Shown in pieces: positions 16,425 to 26,252 of a stretch of 64,000 nucleotides of DNA; the stretch's first letter is position 1; the number at the start of each line of letters is the position of its first letter. Origin of the DNA: a bacterium (GTDB lineage: Bacteria > UBA8248). The DNA lies in the NCBI GenBank assembly GCA_965213685.1, contig CBDBZY010000031.1, positions 192,001 through 256,000 on the forward strand, given 5' to 3'. The translations under genes were made by a program, and so were the position numbers. The notes below the pieces were generated by a model. That model was not told the DNA's origin and did no database searches. It worked only from the letters and a program-made list of their open reading frames with translations.

Positions 16425-17414
16425 TTACGCCTCGACGACGATTTTGCCCATCTGCCGGTTCGACTCCATATGCCGGTGCGCGTCCGCGACGTCCTGGAGC
16501 GGGAACGTCCTGTCGATCACGGGTTCGAGGAAGCCGGCCTCCAGGCCACGATAAACGAACGCCTTCGCCCGCTCTCTTCTCTCCGGGTCCTTGGTGATCT
16601 CCATCAGCGTATACCCCCGGAACGTCAGCCCTTTCGCCAGAGACGGGAACAGGGGGAAAACCGCATCCTCGGACGCCAGAACGCCGTACAAAAAAATCAT
16701 GGCCCCCGGTGCGGCCGCGGCGGCGAGCTGCGGCAGGAAGCGCCCGACGACGGGGTCGAAAATGACGTTCGCCCCGGCGCCTTGCGTGGCGTCCATCACA
16801 GAATCCGCCAGATCCTCTGCATCGGTGACGACGACGCAATCCGCGCCCGCGCCCAGGAGGAACTCTTTTTTCGCCGCCCCCCGCGTCGTGGCGATCACCC
16901 GCGCGCGGCGTGATTTGGCGATTTGAATCGCAGCCAGGCCAACGCTGCTGCTCGCAGCGGTGATCAGCACGGCGTCCGCCTCTTTCAGCCCTCCATACTC
17001 GATGAGCGCCCCATACGCGGTCACGTAGGGCATCCAGATGGCGGCGGCCTGGACGGGCGTCAACCGCTCGGGATAGCGGGCCGCGGCATGGGCCGGCACA
17101 ATCGCCTCCTCCCCGTACACCCCGTACCTTCCCATCGAAAAGGAGGGAATCGTGCTCACGCGCTCCCCGAGCGCCAGCCCCTCCACGCCGGGGCCGAGGG
17201 CGTCTATCGTTCCGGACGCCTCGTAGCCAATGCGGGAGGGAAACTCCGGCTTCTCATGGTAGCGCCCCTCGCGAAACAGCACTTCGGCCCGGTTCATCCC
17301 GATCGCCGCCACGCGGATGCGCACCTCGCCCGCGCCGGGTTCCGCAGAGGGCGCCTCCACGAGGCGGAGCGCGTCGGCGCTTCCCGTTTTCTCCAAAAGA
17401 ACCACTTGCGGCAT
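16425..17414 (-). CDS. NADPH:quinone oxidoreductase-like MDR family protein
   Basis: IGYEASG, TAASSSVG, GKIVV; no Zn-binding cysteines. Confidence 0.9.
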   Translation of the reverse strand: MPQVVLLEKTGSADALRLVEAPSAEPGAGEVRIRVAAIGMNRAEVLFREGRYHEKPEFPSRIGYEASGTIDALGPGVEGLALGERVSTIPSFSMGRYGVYGEEAIVPAHAAARYPERLTPVQAAAIWMPYVTAYGALIEYGGLKEADAVLITAASSSVGLAAIQIAKSRRARVIATTRGAAKKEFLLGAGADCVVVTDAEDLADSVMDATQGAGANVIFDPVVGRFLPQLAAAAAPGAMIFLYGVLASEDAVFPLFPSLAKGLTFRGYTLMEITKDPERRERAKAFVYRGLEAGFLEPVIDRTFPLQDVADAHRHMESNRQMGKIVVEA

Positions 17415-17418
17415 GCCC

Positions 17419-18159
17419 TCACCCTCCCTCCATCCCCGTCCGCTTCAGCTGCTCGTCCAGGAACGCGAGCGTCTTCGCCCAGGAATCCTCGCTTTGCTCC
17501 GCCCGGAAGCGCTCCGGGTTGTCCTCCCACTGAAAGGCGTGGCCCGCGCCATCGTAGCGATGGAAGACATACTCCACGCCCGCGCGCCTGAGCGCCTCCT
17601 CGTAATCGTCCACGTCCTCGGGCGAGGGGTTCTGGTCGTCGTTCCCGAAAACGCCGATGAGTGGACACGAGATGGCCGCGCTCAACGCAATGGCGGGCGG
17701 GTTCCCCTCGCCGCGCACCTCCTTCACGCCGCCGCCGTAGAAAACCGCGCACGCCCGATAACGGGAGTCCGCGCACGCCCCCAGCCAGCTGACGCGCCCG
17801 CCCCAGCAGTGCCCGACGATGCCGATTCTGCGCGCGTCCACGTTCTGCAGCGCCGCCAGGACGTCGAATCCGGCTTTCAGATCGAGAATCGTTCGATCAT
17901 CGCGGAACTCCTCGCGCTTGATTTGCATGCCGTCATCCTTCGACCACCAGTGATACAGGAACGGAACCGACACGGCGTAGCCGTTCTCCGCGTAGCGCTG
18001 CGCCGTCTTCAGCGTGAAGGGGTCCCGCTCGATTCCCTGGTGCCCCGGTATATGCTGGCAGAGCACGATCCCCGGATGGGGGCCCGCTCCTTCCGGCTCA
18101 TACAAGAAAACCTCCATCGCGCTGCCTTCCACTTCCGTCGTCTCGATGCGATAGCCCAT
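17419..18159 (-). CDS. Dienelactone hydrolase family protein
   Basis: GHCWGG nucleophile, D in GNDDQNP, GAGHAF His. Confidence 0.92.
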   Translation of the reverse strand: MGYRIETTEVEGSAMEVFLYEPEGAGPHPGIVLCQHIPGHQGIERDPFTLKTAQRYAENGYAVSVPFLYHWWSKDDGMQIKREEFRDDRTILDLKAGFDVLAALQNVDARRIGIVGHCWGGRVSWLGACADSRYRACAVFYGGGVKEVRGEGNPPAIALSAAISCPLIGVFGNDDQNPSPEDVDDYEEALRRAGVEYVFHRYDGAGHAFQWEDNPERFRAEQSEDSWAKTLAFLDEQLKRTGMEGG

Positions 18160-18299
18160 CTCTCTCCCCTCCTCCTCCTCATCACCGCGCAAAGGATACA
18201 ACCCGTGATCGCGCGTCCCATACGCTCCGACATATTTTCCGTTCCGCGCACCGCCCCGGGAGCCGGAAGCCCCCGCGCCCGCCGCCAAGGAACTCCTCC

Positions 18300-19262
18300 T
18301 TAGGCGTCCTCAAACACCAGGTTTTGCGGATCGCCGCGGAGGTAGGCCTCCACGTTGTCCACGGATATGCGCGCCTCCCGCTCCGTGGCCCCCTCCGTAT
18401 GCGCGCCCACGTGCGGGGTGAGGATCACGTTGTCCAGAGAGCGGAAGGGGGAATCGCCCGGCAAGGGCTCGTCGGGCTCGAACACGTCCAGCCCCGCACC
18501 GGCGATGCGCCGCTCCCGCAAGGCTTCCAGCAGGGCGTCCATGTCCACGAGCGCGGCGCGCGAGGTGTTTATCAAAAACGCCGTCGGCTTCATCCGCGCC
18601 ATCCGCTCCCGGGAGACGATCCCCCGCGTCTCGGGCGTCACGTGCAGCTGGAGCGTCACGAAATCCGCGCGCAGGCATTCCTCCAGCGACGCGGCGCGCG
18701 CACCCTCGGCGGCCGCGCGCCCGGGCGTCATGCTTCGCGACCACGCGAGCACCTCCATCCCGAACCCCCGCGCCATGGGGACCACCTTTTTCCCGATGTG
18801 TCCGAAACCGAGCACGGACAGACTCTTGCCCAGCAACTCCACCCCCCGGACGCGCTCCCACGCCCCCGCCCGCATGGCGGGGGAGTGGGCCGGCAGCCTC
18901 TTCGCCAGCGCCAGGACGAGCATCATCGTATGCTCCGCCACCGAGGGACTCCCTGCCCCCGGCGTGACGGAAACCAGAATGCCGCGCCTCCGCGCGCGCC
19001 GCATGTCCACCATGCGGGGGCGCGTGCCCCACACGGAGATGAAGCGGAGCTTCGGGGCGTTCTCGAGCAGGGCCGTCTGCCGGAAGTCCGTCTGATAGCG
19101 CACGGTGAGGACGACCTCCGCATCGGCCAGGCGCCGCGCCATCTCCTCCCCGTCCTTGGGCCGCCCGGTGAAATGCGACACCTCGCCCAGCCCCAGGAGG
19201 CGCGCAAACTGCGCGGTGTTCCCGAGCATCCCGTCATAATCATCCGGAACAACGATTTTCAT
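18300..19262 (-). CDS. D-2-hydroxyacid dehydrogenase family protein
   Basis: GFGHIG, INTSRA, GAGLDVF, TPHVG. Confidence 0.92.
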   Translation of the reverse strand: MKIVVPDDYDGMLGNTAQFARLLGLGEVSHFTGRPKDGEEMARRLADAEVVLTVRYQTDFRQTALLENAPKLRFISVWGTRPRMVDMRRARRRGILVSVTPGAGSPSVAEHTMMLVLALAKRLPAHSPAMRAGAWERVRGVELLGKSLSVLGFGHIGKKVVPMARGFGMEVLAWSRSMTPGRAAAEGARAASLEECLRADFVTLQLHVTPETRGIVSRERMARMKPTAFLINTSRAALVDMDALLEALRERRIAGAGLDVFEPDEPLPGDSPFRSLDNVILTPHVGAHTEGATEREARISVDNVEAYLRGDPQNLVFEDA

Positions 19263-19337
19263 CGACCGCCCGCTCCGCTTGACGGGGCGCGCCTCCGGCC
19301 CCCCGAACCTCCCGCCCGGTTCGCGATTTCCCCGTCC

Positions 19338-19384
19338 ATGATATACCCGATATCATTGACAGGGCACATCGTCTCCCGTAGTGC
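19338..19384 (+). promoter_or_regulatory. Palindromic operator abutting a putative sigma70 promoter in a divergent intergenic region
   Basis: ATGATAT-ACCCG-ATATCAT (19338-19356) overlaps TTGACA (19356-19361); weak -10 TAGTGC at 17 nt. Confidence 0.55.
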
Positions 19385-19441
19385 TGTCTCATCGGGCAAG
19401 CCATAGCCCCGTCCCGCCTCCGGAGGATGCGTTCAGACGCC

Positions 19442-20620
19442 ATGGAGCCAGACCTGTCCGCCGAGGAAGCCGCGATGGTGCGGCGGGCGCGCGAGATCGC
19501 CCGGGAGGACATTCTCCCCATCGCCGCCGCCCGGGACCGCAACCACGCACCCGGCGAGGCGTATCCGTGGCGGGTCGCCGACAAGCTGGACGCCGCAGGC
19601 CTGAGGACGCTCACCGTCCCCCGGAAGTTCGGCGGATTCGGGGCGCGCCACCTGGTGCAGGCCATGGTGGCGGAGGAGATCGCCTACGGGGATCTGGGCG
19701 TCGCCGTCTCCATGGATCAAACCTATAAATTCACCCAACTCCTGGCGAACGAGACCACGCCGGCACAGCGCGACCTGTACCTGGAGGATTTTCTGAACGA
19801 CCCGCGAGCGCTGCTCGCCCTCGCCACCACGGAGCCGCAAAGCGGAACCGACACCTTCCTCATGCACGATGCGCCGGGTGCCGGCCCGCGCATGACGGCG
19901 CGAAAAGACGGCGACTTCTACGTCCTGAACGGCACGAAGCACTACATCTCGAACGGGGGGCTGGCGAAATACTATTTTATATTCGCGCGGACCGCTCCCG
20001 AGAAGAAGATGAGCGAAGGCCTCACCTGCTTCCTCGTGCCGCGCGGGACGGAGGGCTTCCGGATCGGAGAGGCGCACTCCAAGCTGGGAAGACGCCTCTT
20101 GCAGAACGGCGAGCTCATCCTGCAGAACTGTCGGGTGCCCGCGCACAACCTTTTTGGCGCATGGAACGGCGGCCTCTCCATCCTGCGCCGGATGGTGAGC
20201 GGCGCCCTCATTCCCGTCATGGGGCCATCCCGCCTCGCGTATGATCTCGCCCGCGCCGCCGCGCGGGAGAACGGCGCCCTGCGCGAGCAGTGGGCGCAGA
20301 TGGCGCTCGCCGAGATGTACATGCTGATCGAGGCGGCGCGGACGTATCTGTATTCCGCGGCGTGGCATGCGGAAAGGCCGACGGACGACTCGAAGCGCCG
20401 TTTGATGTCCAAGGTGTTCGCCTCCGAGGCGGGCATCAAGGTCTGCCGCATGGCGATGGACATCTGGGGCAAGGCGGGCGCGACGCATCACGACGACAGG
20501 CCGACGCCCGAGAAATGCTGGCGCGACGTGTTGAGCTACCTGCACGGCTTCGGCACCAACGAGGCGGTGAAACTCAAGGCGGCACCGCTTCTGGCTCCCG
20601 CCGGGGAGAGTGAATGGTAA
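19442..20620 (+). CDS. Acyl-CoA dehydrogenase family protein
   Basis: ATTEPQSG, LNGTKHYISNG, KLG, SKVFASE, GTNE; start 19442 or 19427. Confidence 0.9.
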   Translation: MEPDLSAEEAAMVRRAREIAREDILPIAAARDRNHAPGEAYPWRVADKLDAAGLRTLTVPRKFGGFGARHLVQAMVAEEIAYGDLGVAVSMDQTYKFTQLLANETTPAQRDLYLEDFLNDPRALLALATTEPQSGTDTFLMHDAPGAGPRMTARKDGDFYVLNGTKHYISNGGLAKYYFIFARTAPEKKMSEGLTCFLVPRGTEGFRIGEAHSKLGRRLLQNGELILQNCRVPAHNLFGAWNGGLSILRRMVSGALIPVMGPSRLAYDLARAAARENGALREQWAQMALAEMYMLIEAARTYLYSAAWHAERPTDDSKRRLMSKVFASEAGIKVCRMAMDIWGKAGATHHDDRPTPEKCWRDVLSYLHGFGTNEAVKLKAAPLLAPAGESEW

Positions 20621-20683
20621 AGGGAAATGCAATCGGACAACCGTATGGAATCCACCCCCCCCCAGGAGAAGAAGGAGATTTCA

Positions 20684-21652
20684 ATGCCCCCCTACAAGAA
20701 GGCGGACGCGCGCGCGTATTGCAAGGAGAACATGCAGGGAATCTGGGCCGCCATACCCTATCCGTTTGATGAGAACGACAACGTCGACGAAGCAGGTTTT
20801 CGCGCCGACATCCGGCACTATATTGACAACCTCCACATCCGGGGATTTTTCGTCGGCGGCATGATTGGCGAATTCTGGTGCCTCACGAAAGAAGAGCGCC
20901 TCCGCGGCCAGGCGATCGCCTGCGAGGAGGCCGGTGACGTTCCCGTCATCGCGCACACCGGCCACACCTCGGCCAAGGAGGCGATAGAGCTGACGGAGGC
21001 CGCGATGGAGGCGGGCGCGGCCTACGCGATTCTGGCGAACCCCTATCTGGGCGCGCAGGGGATTCCCGAGCGCGTTCGCGCGTATTTCAAGGAATTTTGC
21101 GGGAACGTGGACATCGGCGTGTCCCTGTTCAACACGGCGGCGACCGGCTATTCGCTCTCGCCGGCCTTGGTCAGGGAGATCGTCGACGAGAACGAGAACA
21201 TCTGCTGCATCAAGAACGCGCAGCCCAAATACCACTGCGACGAGGTGCGCGAAGCCGTGGGGGACGACATCGTCGTGAGCGACCCGATGGAAACCCAGTG
21301 GTTCTTCAACCGGGCGTATCACAAGCAGCAAACCTTCATGAGCGGGCCCGACCCGTTTCTCCTCCAGCGCGCGGGCAACCTGGGCATGGAAAAATATACC
21401 GACCTGATCGACGCGGGAAATCTCGAGGAAGCCTGGACGGCGCGCGAGTCCATGAACCCGATGCGGCGCGTGGCCGAGAAGTGGATTTGGGCACCCTGGG
21501 CGCGGGGGGCGTTCCCCATCGCCGCACTCAAGGACTGGATGAGCCTGATGGGCATGCGTGGCGGCCCCTCCCGCGCGCCGATGATTCCCCTGAGCGCGGA
21601 GGAAAAGGCGGAGTTGGCCTCGGACCTCCAGGGCGTGGGCCTCATCGACTAG
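20684..21652 (+). CDS. DapA/class I aldolase superfamily protein
   Basis: AAGGAG RBS; GIWAAIPYPF, GMIGEF, VPVIAHTG, Schiff-base Lys in CCIKN. Confidence 0.88.
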   Translation: MPPYKKADARAYCKENMQGIWAAIPYPFDENDNVDEAGFRADIRHYIDNLHIRGFFVGGMIGEFWCLTKEERLRGQAIACEEAGDVPVIAHTGHTSAKEAIELTEAAMEAGAAYAILANPYLGAQGIPERVRAYFKEFCGNVDIGVSLFNTAATGYSLSPALVREIVDENENICCIKNAQPKYHCDEVREAVGDDIVVSDPMETQWFFNRAYHKQQTFMSGPDPFLLQRAGNLGMEKYTDLIDAGNLEEAWTARESMNPMRRVAEKWIWAPWARGAFPIAALKDWMSLMGMRGGPSRAPMIPLSAEEKAELASDLQGVGLID

Positions 21653-21719
21653 CCCGGCGGGCCGCCTTTCGCGTGCATGCGGGCGCCATCATCCTCAATA
21701 ATAATAAAGGGTTCGGCGC

Positions 21720-22874
21720 ATGGATTTTGCTCCCGGCGAGGATTGCCTCGCGCTGCAGCGGCTGGCGAGCGATTTCGCGCGGCGGGAGATTCTGCCCGTC
21801 ACGGAGGCCATCGACCGGGAAAGAAGGCCGGAGGCCCGCCTCCCGGCGGACATTCTGGCCAGGGGCAGCCGGCTGGGCCTGCGCACCCTCTCCCTCCCGG
21901 AGAACGGCGGGGGCGGCGGGGCCGACATACTGACCCTGTGCTTCGTAGCAGAGGAGCTCGGCTGGGGAGATTTGGGAGTCGGCGTCATCCACGCGCAGGA
22001 CTGGGCGCTCGCAAACGCCATATCCCGCCTGTGGGACGGGGCGGAATTCCGGGCGTTCGCCAACCGTTTCGCGCGAGACCACGGCTGCCACCTCAGCCAT
22101 GCGCACATGCGCGAAACGCCCGCCCCGGAAGACAAAAGTCCGTATCCGTCCGGGGAGCGGCCAGACGCATCCGTCACGCGGGAAGGAGACGGCTGGCGCC
22201 TCCACGGGGCGGCGGGGCGCGTCCTCAACGGGGCGGCGGCCGGCTTTTTTCTCATCGAGTCGAACCTGCGGGGCGCGGCAGGCAGGCGGGTTTTTCTGGT
22301 GGAGAACGAGGGCGCGCCGGAAATCCGCGTGTTGTGCCATCACGATTCGATGGGGATGCGCTCCTGCCCGGACGTGGACATCCGCTTCGAAGGCGCGAGG
22401 CTCCAACGTCGCCATCAGGTCGATTGCTCCCCGGAGGCGTGGCGCGAGGCGACGCACGCCGCCCGCATACTCCCCGCCGCCGCCGCGATCGGAACAGCCA
22501 GAAAATCCAACGAACACGCACTCCGCCACGCGCGCGAGCGCGTCCAGGGGGGAAAGCCCATCATCGGGCACCAGACGGTGGGCTTCATGCTTTGCGACAA
22601 CCTGGCGGAGCTCGACGCCGCCAGAAGAAGCCTCCAGGCGGCGGCCTGGGCGGCGGATCGGGGCGAGGGCGCCGACCCCTGGCGAAGTTTTCTCGTCCGC
22701 GCCCTCGTCACGGAAACCTGCGAGCGCGTCGCGCGCCGCGCGATGGAGGTCTGGGGAGGCGCGGGCTATATGACGGAGGCGCCCATGGAAAGGCTGCTGC
22801 GCGACCTCGTGCGCTTCTCCCATTCCCTCGAGATGGGCCACGCCCTGCGCGCGGCCGCCATGGGGCTGATCTGA
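21720..22874 (+). CDS. Acyl-CoA dehydrogenase family protein, divergent
   Basis: EELGWGD, RVQGGKPIIGHQ, EVWGGAGYM..APMERLLRD; middle domain degenerate. Confidence 0.85.
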   Translation: MDFAPGEDCLALQRLASDFARREILPVTEAIDRERRPEARLPADILARGSRLGLRTLSLPENGGGGGADILTLCFVAEELGWGDLGVGVIHAQDWALANAISRLWDGAEFRAFANRFARDHGCHLSHAHMRETPAPEDKSPYPSGERPDASVTREGDGWRLHGAAGRVLNGAAAGFFLIESNLRGAAGRRVFLVENEGAPEIRVLCHHDSMGMRSCPDVDIRFEGARLQRRHQVDCSPEAWREATHAARILPAAAAIGTARKSNEHALRHARERVQGGKPIIGHQTVGFMLCDNLAELDAARRSLQAAAWAADRGEGADPWRSFLVRALVTETCERVARRAMEVWGGAGYMTEAPMERLLRDLVRFSHSLEMGHALRAAAMGLI

Positions 22875-22973
22875 GGGGGGCGGGCCGGATTCGCCATCCC
22901 CGCACGGATGATGCGCTTCGGAATGATCCGTGATAGGATGGGGAAAAACGAGGACATGAGGAGAGGGTGCTCC

Positions 22974-23888
22974 ATGAGCGAGAGAATAGCCTACGTCAAG
23001 GGCCGGTTCGTGCCGGAAGCGGAGGCGAACGTGTCCATCCTAGACCGCGGCTTCCTCTATGGCGACAGCGTCTATGACGCATCGCGCACCTTTGGCGGCA
23101 GGCCCTGGCGCCTCCGGTCGCACATCGACCGGCTCTACCTGTCCTGCCGGTACGCGAGGCTCGACCCCGGCATGGGTGCGGACGAGATGGAAGCCCTCAC
23201 CATGGAGCTCGTGGAGCGCAACCGCGCGGCGTACGGGGAGGGGGAGGAGTTCCGCATCAACCACTGGGTCACCCGGGGCGGCGGCGTGAGCTCCGCCGCC
23301 AGCCACACGCATGGTGCGCACACCCTGGTCATCTTCACCCTGCCGATGGACTACACGCGCTACGCCCACGGCTACCGGGAGGGGGTGCGCTCGGTCGTCA
23401 CCGGCGTGCGCCGGACTCCTCCGGAGTGCGTCGAGCCGCGCGCCAAGGTGGGGGGCAAGATGAACCACGTGCAGGCCGAGTTCGAGGCACAGGAGGCGGG
23501 CGCCTGGCCCATCATGCTCGACACGAACGGCTTCGTGGCCGAGGGGTCGAGCTACAACTGTTTTTTCGTGCGAGAGGGCGCGCTCCTCACGCCCACGGAC
23601 CGCAACTGCCTCGCCGGCGTGACGCGCGCCCACGTCATCGACATGGCGCGCGAGCTCGGCATCCCCGTTCGCGAGGCCAACCTCACGCGCTATGATCTGC
23701 TCACAGCCGACGAGGCATTCCACACCGGAAACAGCATCTGCATCCTTCCGGTCTCCTCGGTGGACGGCGCCAGGATGGCCCACGGCGCGCCCGGCCCCAT
23801 CACCAGGCGGCTCATGAGCCTGTGGGCGAGCCAGGTGGACTGCGACTGGGCGGCGAAATCCCTCGCCGCCTTGGAGGGGGGCGCATGA
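22974..23888 (+). CDS. Class IV PLP aminotransferase (IlvE/D-amino acid aminotransferase-like)
   Basis: DRGFLYGDSVYD, HIDRL, PRAK, EGSSYN, LAGVTR, ADEAF. Confidence 0.92.
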   Translation: MSERIAYVKGRFVPEAEANVSILDRGFLYGDSVYDASRTFGGRPWRLRSHIDRLYLSCRYARLDPGMGADEMEALTMELVERNRAAYGEGEEFRINHWVTRGGGVSSAASHTHGAHTLVIFTLPMDYTRYAHGYREGVRSVVTGVRRTPPECVEPRAKVGGKMNHVQAEFEAQEAGAWPIMLDTNGFVAEGSSYNCFFVREGALLTPTDRNCLAGVTRAHVIDMARELGIPVREANLTRYDLLTADEAFHTGNSICILPVSSVDGARMAHGAPGPITRRLMSLWASQVDCDWAAKSLAALEGGA

Positions 23889-24919
23889 AGGCCATGGTGC
23901 TGCGGGGGAGAGGGGCGCCGTTCTCCCTGGAGGACGTGCCGGACCCTGCGGCCGGGGCGGGCGAGGCGGTGGCGCGCGTCATCGCCTGCGGTGCGGGCCT
24001 CACGATTCACCACGCGCGCGCGGGGCGCGTCGCGGTCGACTACCCCGTCATCATCGGCCACGAGGTGGTCGGCGAGATCGTCGAGACGGGCGCCGGGGTC
24101 GCGAACGTGCGGGCGGGCGACGCCGTCACCTTCCATTGCTATCTGACGTGCGGGGACTGCCGCTGGTGCCGGGTGAACCGGGAGCCCCTGTGCGACAACC
24201 TCGCGGGCTTCGTCGGCAGGCACTGCGACGGCGGCTATGCGGAGTACGTCAAGCTGCCCGCCCGGAACTTCATCCCGCTGCCCGAGGGGCTGGACTACGA
24301 GGCACACCCCGCGGAGGCGGCCGTCATCTGCGACGCGGTCGCCACCCCCTACAAGGTGGTGCGCCGGGCGCGGATCGCGCCGATGGAGACCGTCGCCGTC
24401 ATCGGCGCGGGCGGCGGCGTGGGGATTCACATGGTGATGCTCGCCCGCTGGGCGCACGCGCGCGTCATCGCCGTGGACGTCTCGCCGGAGAAGCTGGCGA
24501 AATGCCGGGAAGTCGGGGCGGAGGCCGTCGTCGACGCATCCGGAGGCGACGTCGCCCAGGCGCTGCTGGAGCACACGGACGGGGCGGGCGTGGACGTGGC
24601 CGTCGATTTCGTCTCGCAGGACGCCACCCTCGAGGCCGCCGCCGAATCGCTCGGCAAGGGCGGCCGCCTGGTGACGCTGGGCGGCTTCACGCCGAGGCCG
24701 TTTCGCCTCTCCGCCGGCCGTCTCCTGAACGGGGAGCTGGAGGTCATGGGCAGCCGCTCCTTCACCCGCCAGGAGATCGTCGAGTCCCTGGCGCTTTGCG
24801 CGCGCGGAGAGGTCTGGCCCCTGGTCACGGAAACCTACCGCCTCGAGGAGGCCGAACGCGCCCACGAACGCCTGGAGGCGGGGAGCGTCACCGGGCGGGC
24901 GGCCATCGTGATGGAATAA
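23885..24919 (+). CDS. Zinc-binding alcohol dehydrogenase family protein
   Basis: GHE, CGDCRWC......LC, GAGGGVG; ATGA overlap with upstream gene. Confidence 0.92.
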   Translation: MKAMVLRGRGAPFSLEDVPDPAAGAGEAVARVIACGAGLTIHHARAGRVAVDYPVIIGHEVVGEIVETGAGVANVRAGDAVTFHCYLTCGDCRWCRVNREPLCDNLAGFVGRHCDGGYAEYVKLPARNFIPLPEGLDYEAHPAEAAVICDAVATPYKVVRRARIAPMETVAVIGAGGGVGIHMVMLARWAHARVIAVDVSPEKLAKCREVGAEAVVDASGGDVAQALLEHTDGAGVDVAVDFVSQDATLEAAAESLGKGGRLVTLGGFTPRPFRLSAGRLLNGELEVMGSRSFTRQEIVESLALCARGEVWPLVTETYRLEEAERAHERLEAGSVTGRAAIVME

Positions 24920-24944
24920 CCGCGCTCTCCCCGAAAGGCGCCCC

Positions 24945-26120
24945 ATGGACTTCACCCTCACCGCATCCCAGCGCGAACTCCAGCGGCTGGCCCACGATTA
25001 CGCGAAAAACGAGCTGCGGCCCCATGTGCGCGAGCGCGAGCGGCTCACCGACCCGGGCGCGAGGTTCCCCTGGGAGGCGCTGGAGGCCGGCAGCAGGCTC
25101 GGCCTGCGCACGCTCTCCGTCCCCGAGGAGCGGGGCGGCGGCGGGGCCGACATATTGACCCTGTGCGTCGTGGGCGAGGAGATCGGCTGGGGAGATTTGG
25201 GCGTGGCCGTCACCTTCGACCAGACCTGGAAGGTGATCCACTTTCTGGACACCGTCTGGAACGCGGAGCAGCGCGAGAGGTTCCTGCCGGAATTTCTGGC
25301 CGACCACCGCTTCCACCTCGCCGTCGGGATGACGGAGCCGGAGGTGGGCTCGGAGAATTTCATCCCCGAGGAGGGACCCGACCGGGGCGTCCGGACGCGC
25401 GCCGAGCGAGACGGCAACGAGTGGATCGTCAACGGCCGGAAGCGCTACATCAGCAACGGCGGCATCGCCAGGCTCTACGTGATCGTCTGCCGCACCGACC
25501 CGACCGTCGGCGTCTCCCGAGGCGTCACGTATTTCATGGTGACGCCGGACATGGCGGGCTTCTCCATCGGACGGATTCACGAGAAGATGGGCCAGCGTCT
25601 CTCGCAAAACGCCGAGCTCCTCTTCGAGGACTGCCGCGTCCCGGACGACCACCGCGTAACGCCGGTGGGCGGGGGCGTGGCGGCCCGCTCGGGGCCCTTC
25701 TCGCGCGGCTCCGTCATCGAGTCCGCCGCCACCGCCCTGGGGCCGGCGCGCGCCGCCTACGAGGACGCCCTGGAGTTCGCCAGGACGAGAATCCAGGGCG
25801 GCAGGCCCGTCATCGAGCACCAGGGCGTGGGCTTCCTCCTCGCGGACTGCTTCGTCGAGTACCAGGCCGCGCGCCAGACCCTGCACCACGCCGCCTGGCG
25901 CGCGATGCGGGAGGGATACGACCCGAAGCTCGGCTACATGGCCAAGGTCTTCGCATCCGAGACCGGCTTTCGCATCGCCACGCGCGCCCTGGAGGTCTGG
26001 GGCGGGGCGGGCTACATGACGGACGGGCCGATGGAGAAATACCTGCGCGACGTCGTCAGCTTCCTCCACTCCGCCGGCACCAACCAGGCCCAGCGCATCC
26101 GCACGATGGCGTATCTGTGA
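24945..26120 (+). CDS. Acyl-CoA dehydrogenase family protein
   Basis: MTEPEVGS, NGRKRYISNG, KMGQR, RIQGG, WGGAGY, GTNQ. Confidence 0.92.
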   Translation: MDFTLTASQRELQRLAHDYAKNELRPHVRERERLTDPGARFPWEALEAGSRLGLRTLSVPEERGGGGADILTLCVVGEEIGWGDLGVAVTFDQTWKVIHFLDTVWNAEQRERFLPEFLADHRFHLAVGMTEPEVGSENFIPEEGPDRGVRTRAERDGNEWIVNGRKRYISNGGIARLYVIVCRTDPTVGVSRGVTYFMVTPDMAGFSIGRIHEKMGQRLSQNAELLFEDCRVPDDHRVTPVGGGVAARSGPFSRGSVIESAATALGPARAAYEDALEFARTRIQGGRPVIEHQGVGFLLADCFVEYQAARQTLHHAAWRAMREGYDPKLGYMAKVFASETGFRIATRALEVWGGAGYMTDGPMEKYLRDVVSFLHSAGTNQAQRIRTMAYL

Positions 26121-26252
26121 GGCGCGCCGGATTCGACGCCGCACACCGGGTGCGTCCGCCGGAAGGTTCTCCCCTGACGGGCGCGCGGAGAGGCTTCGCC
26201 GCCTTTTTCTATCGACACACGCTCCGAGCAACGGAAAGACGAGGGTAGAGAA

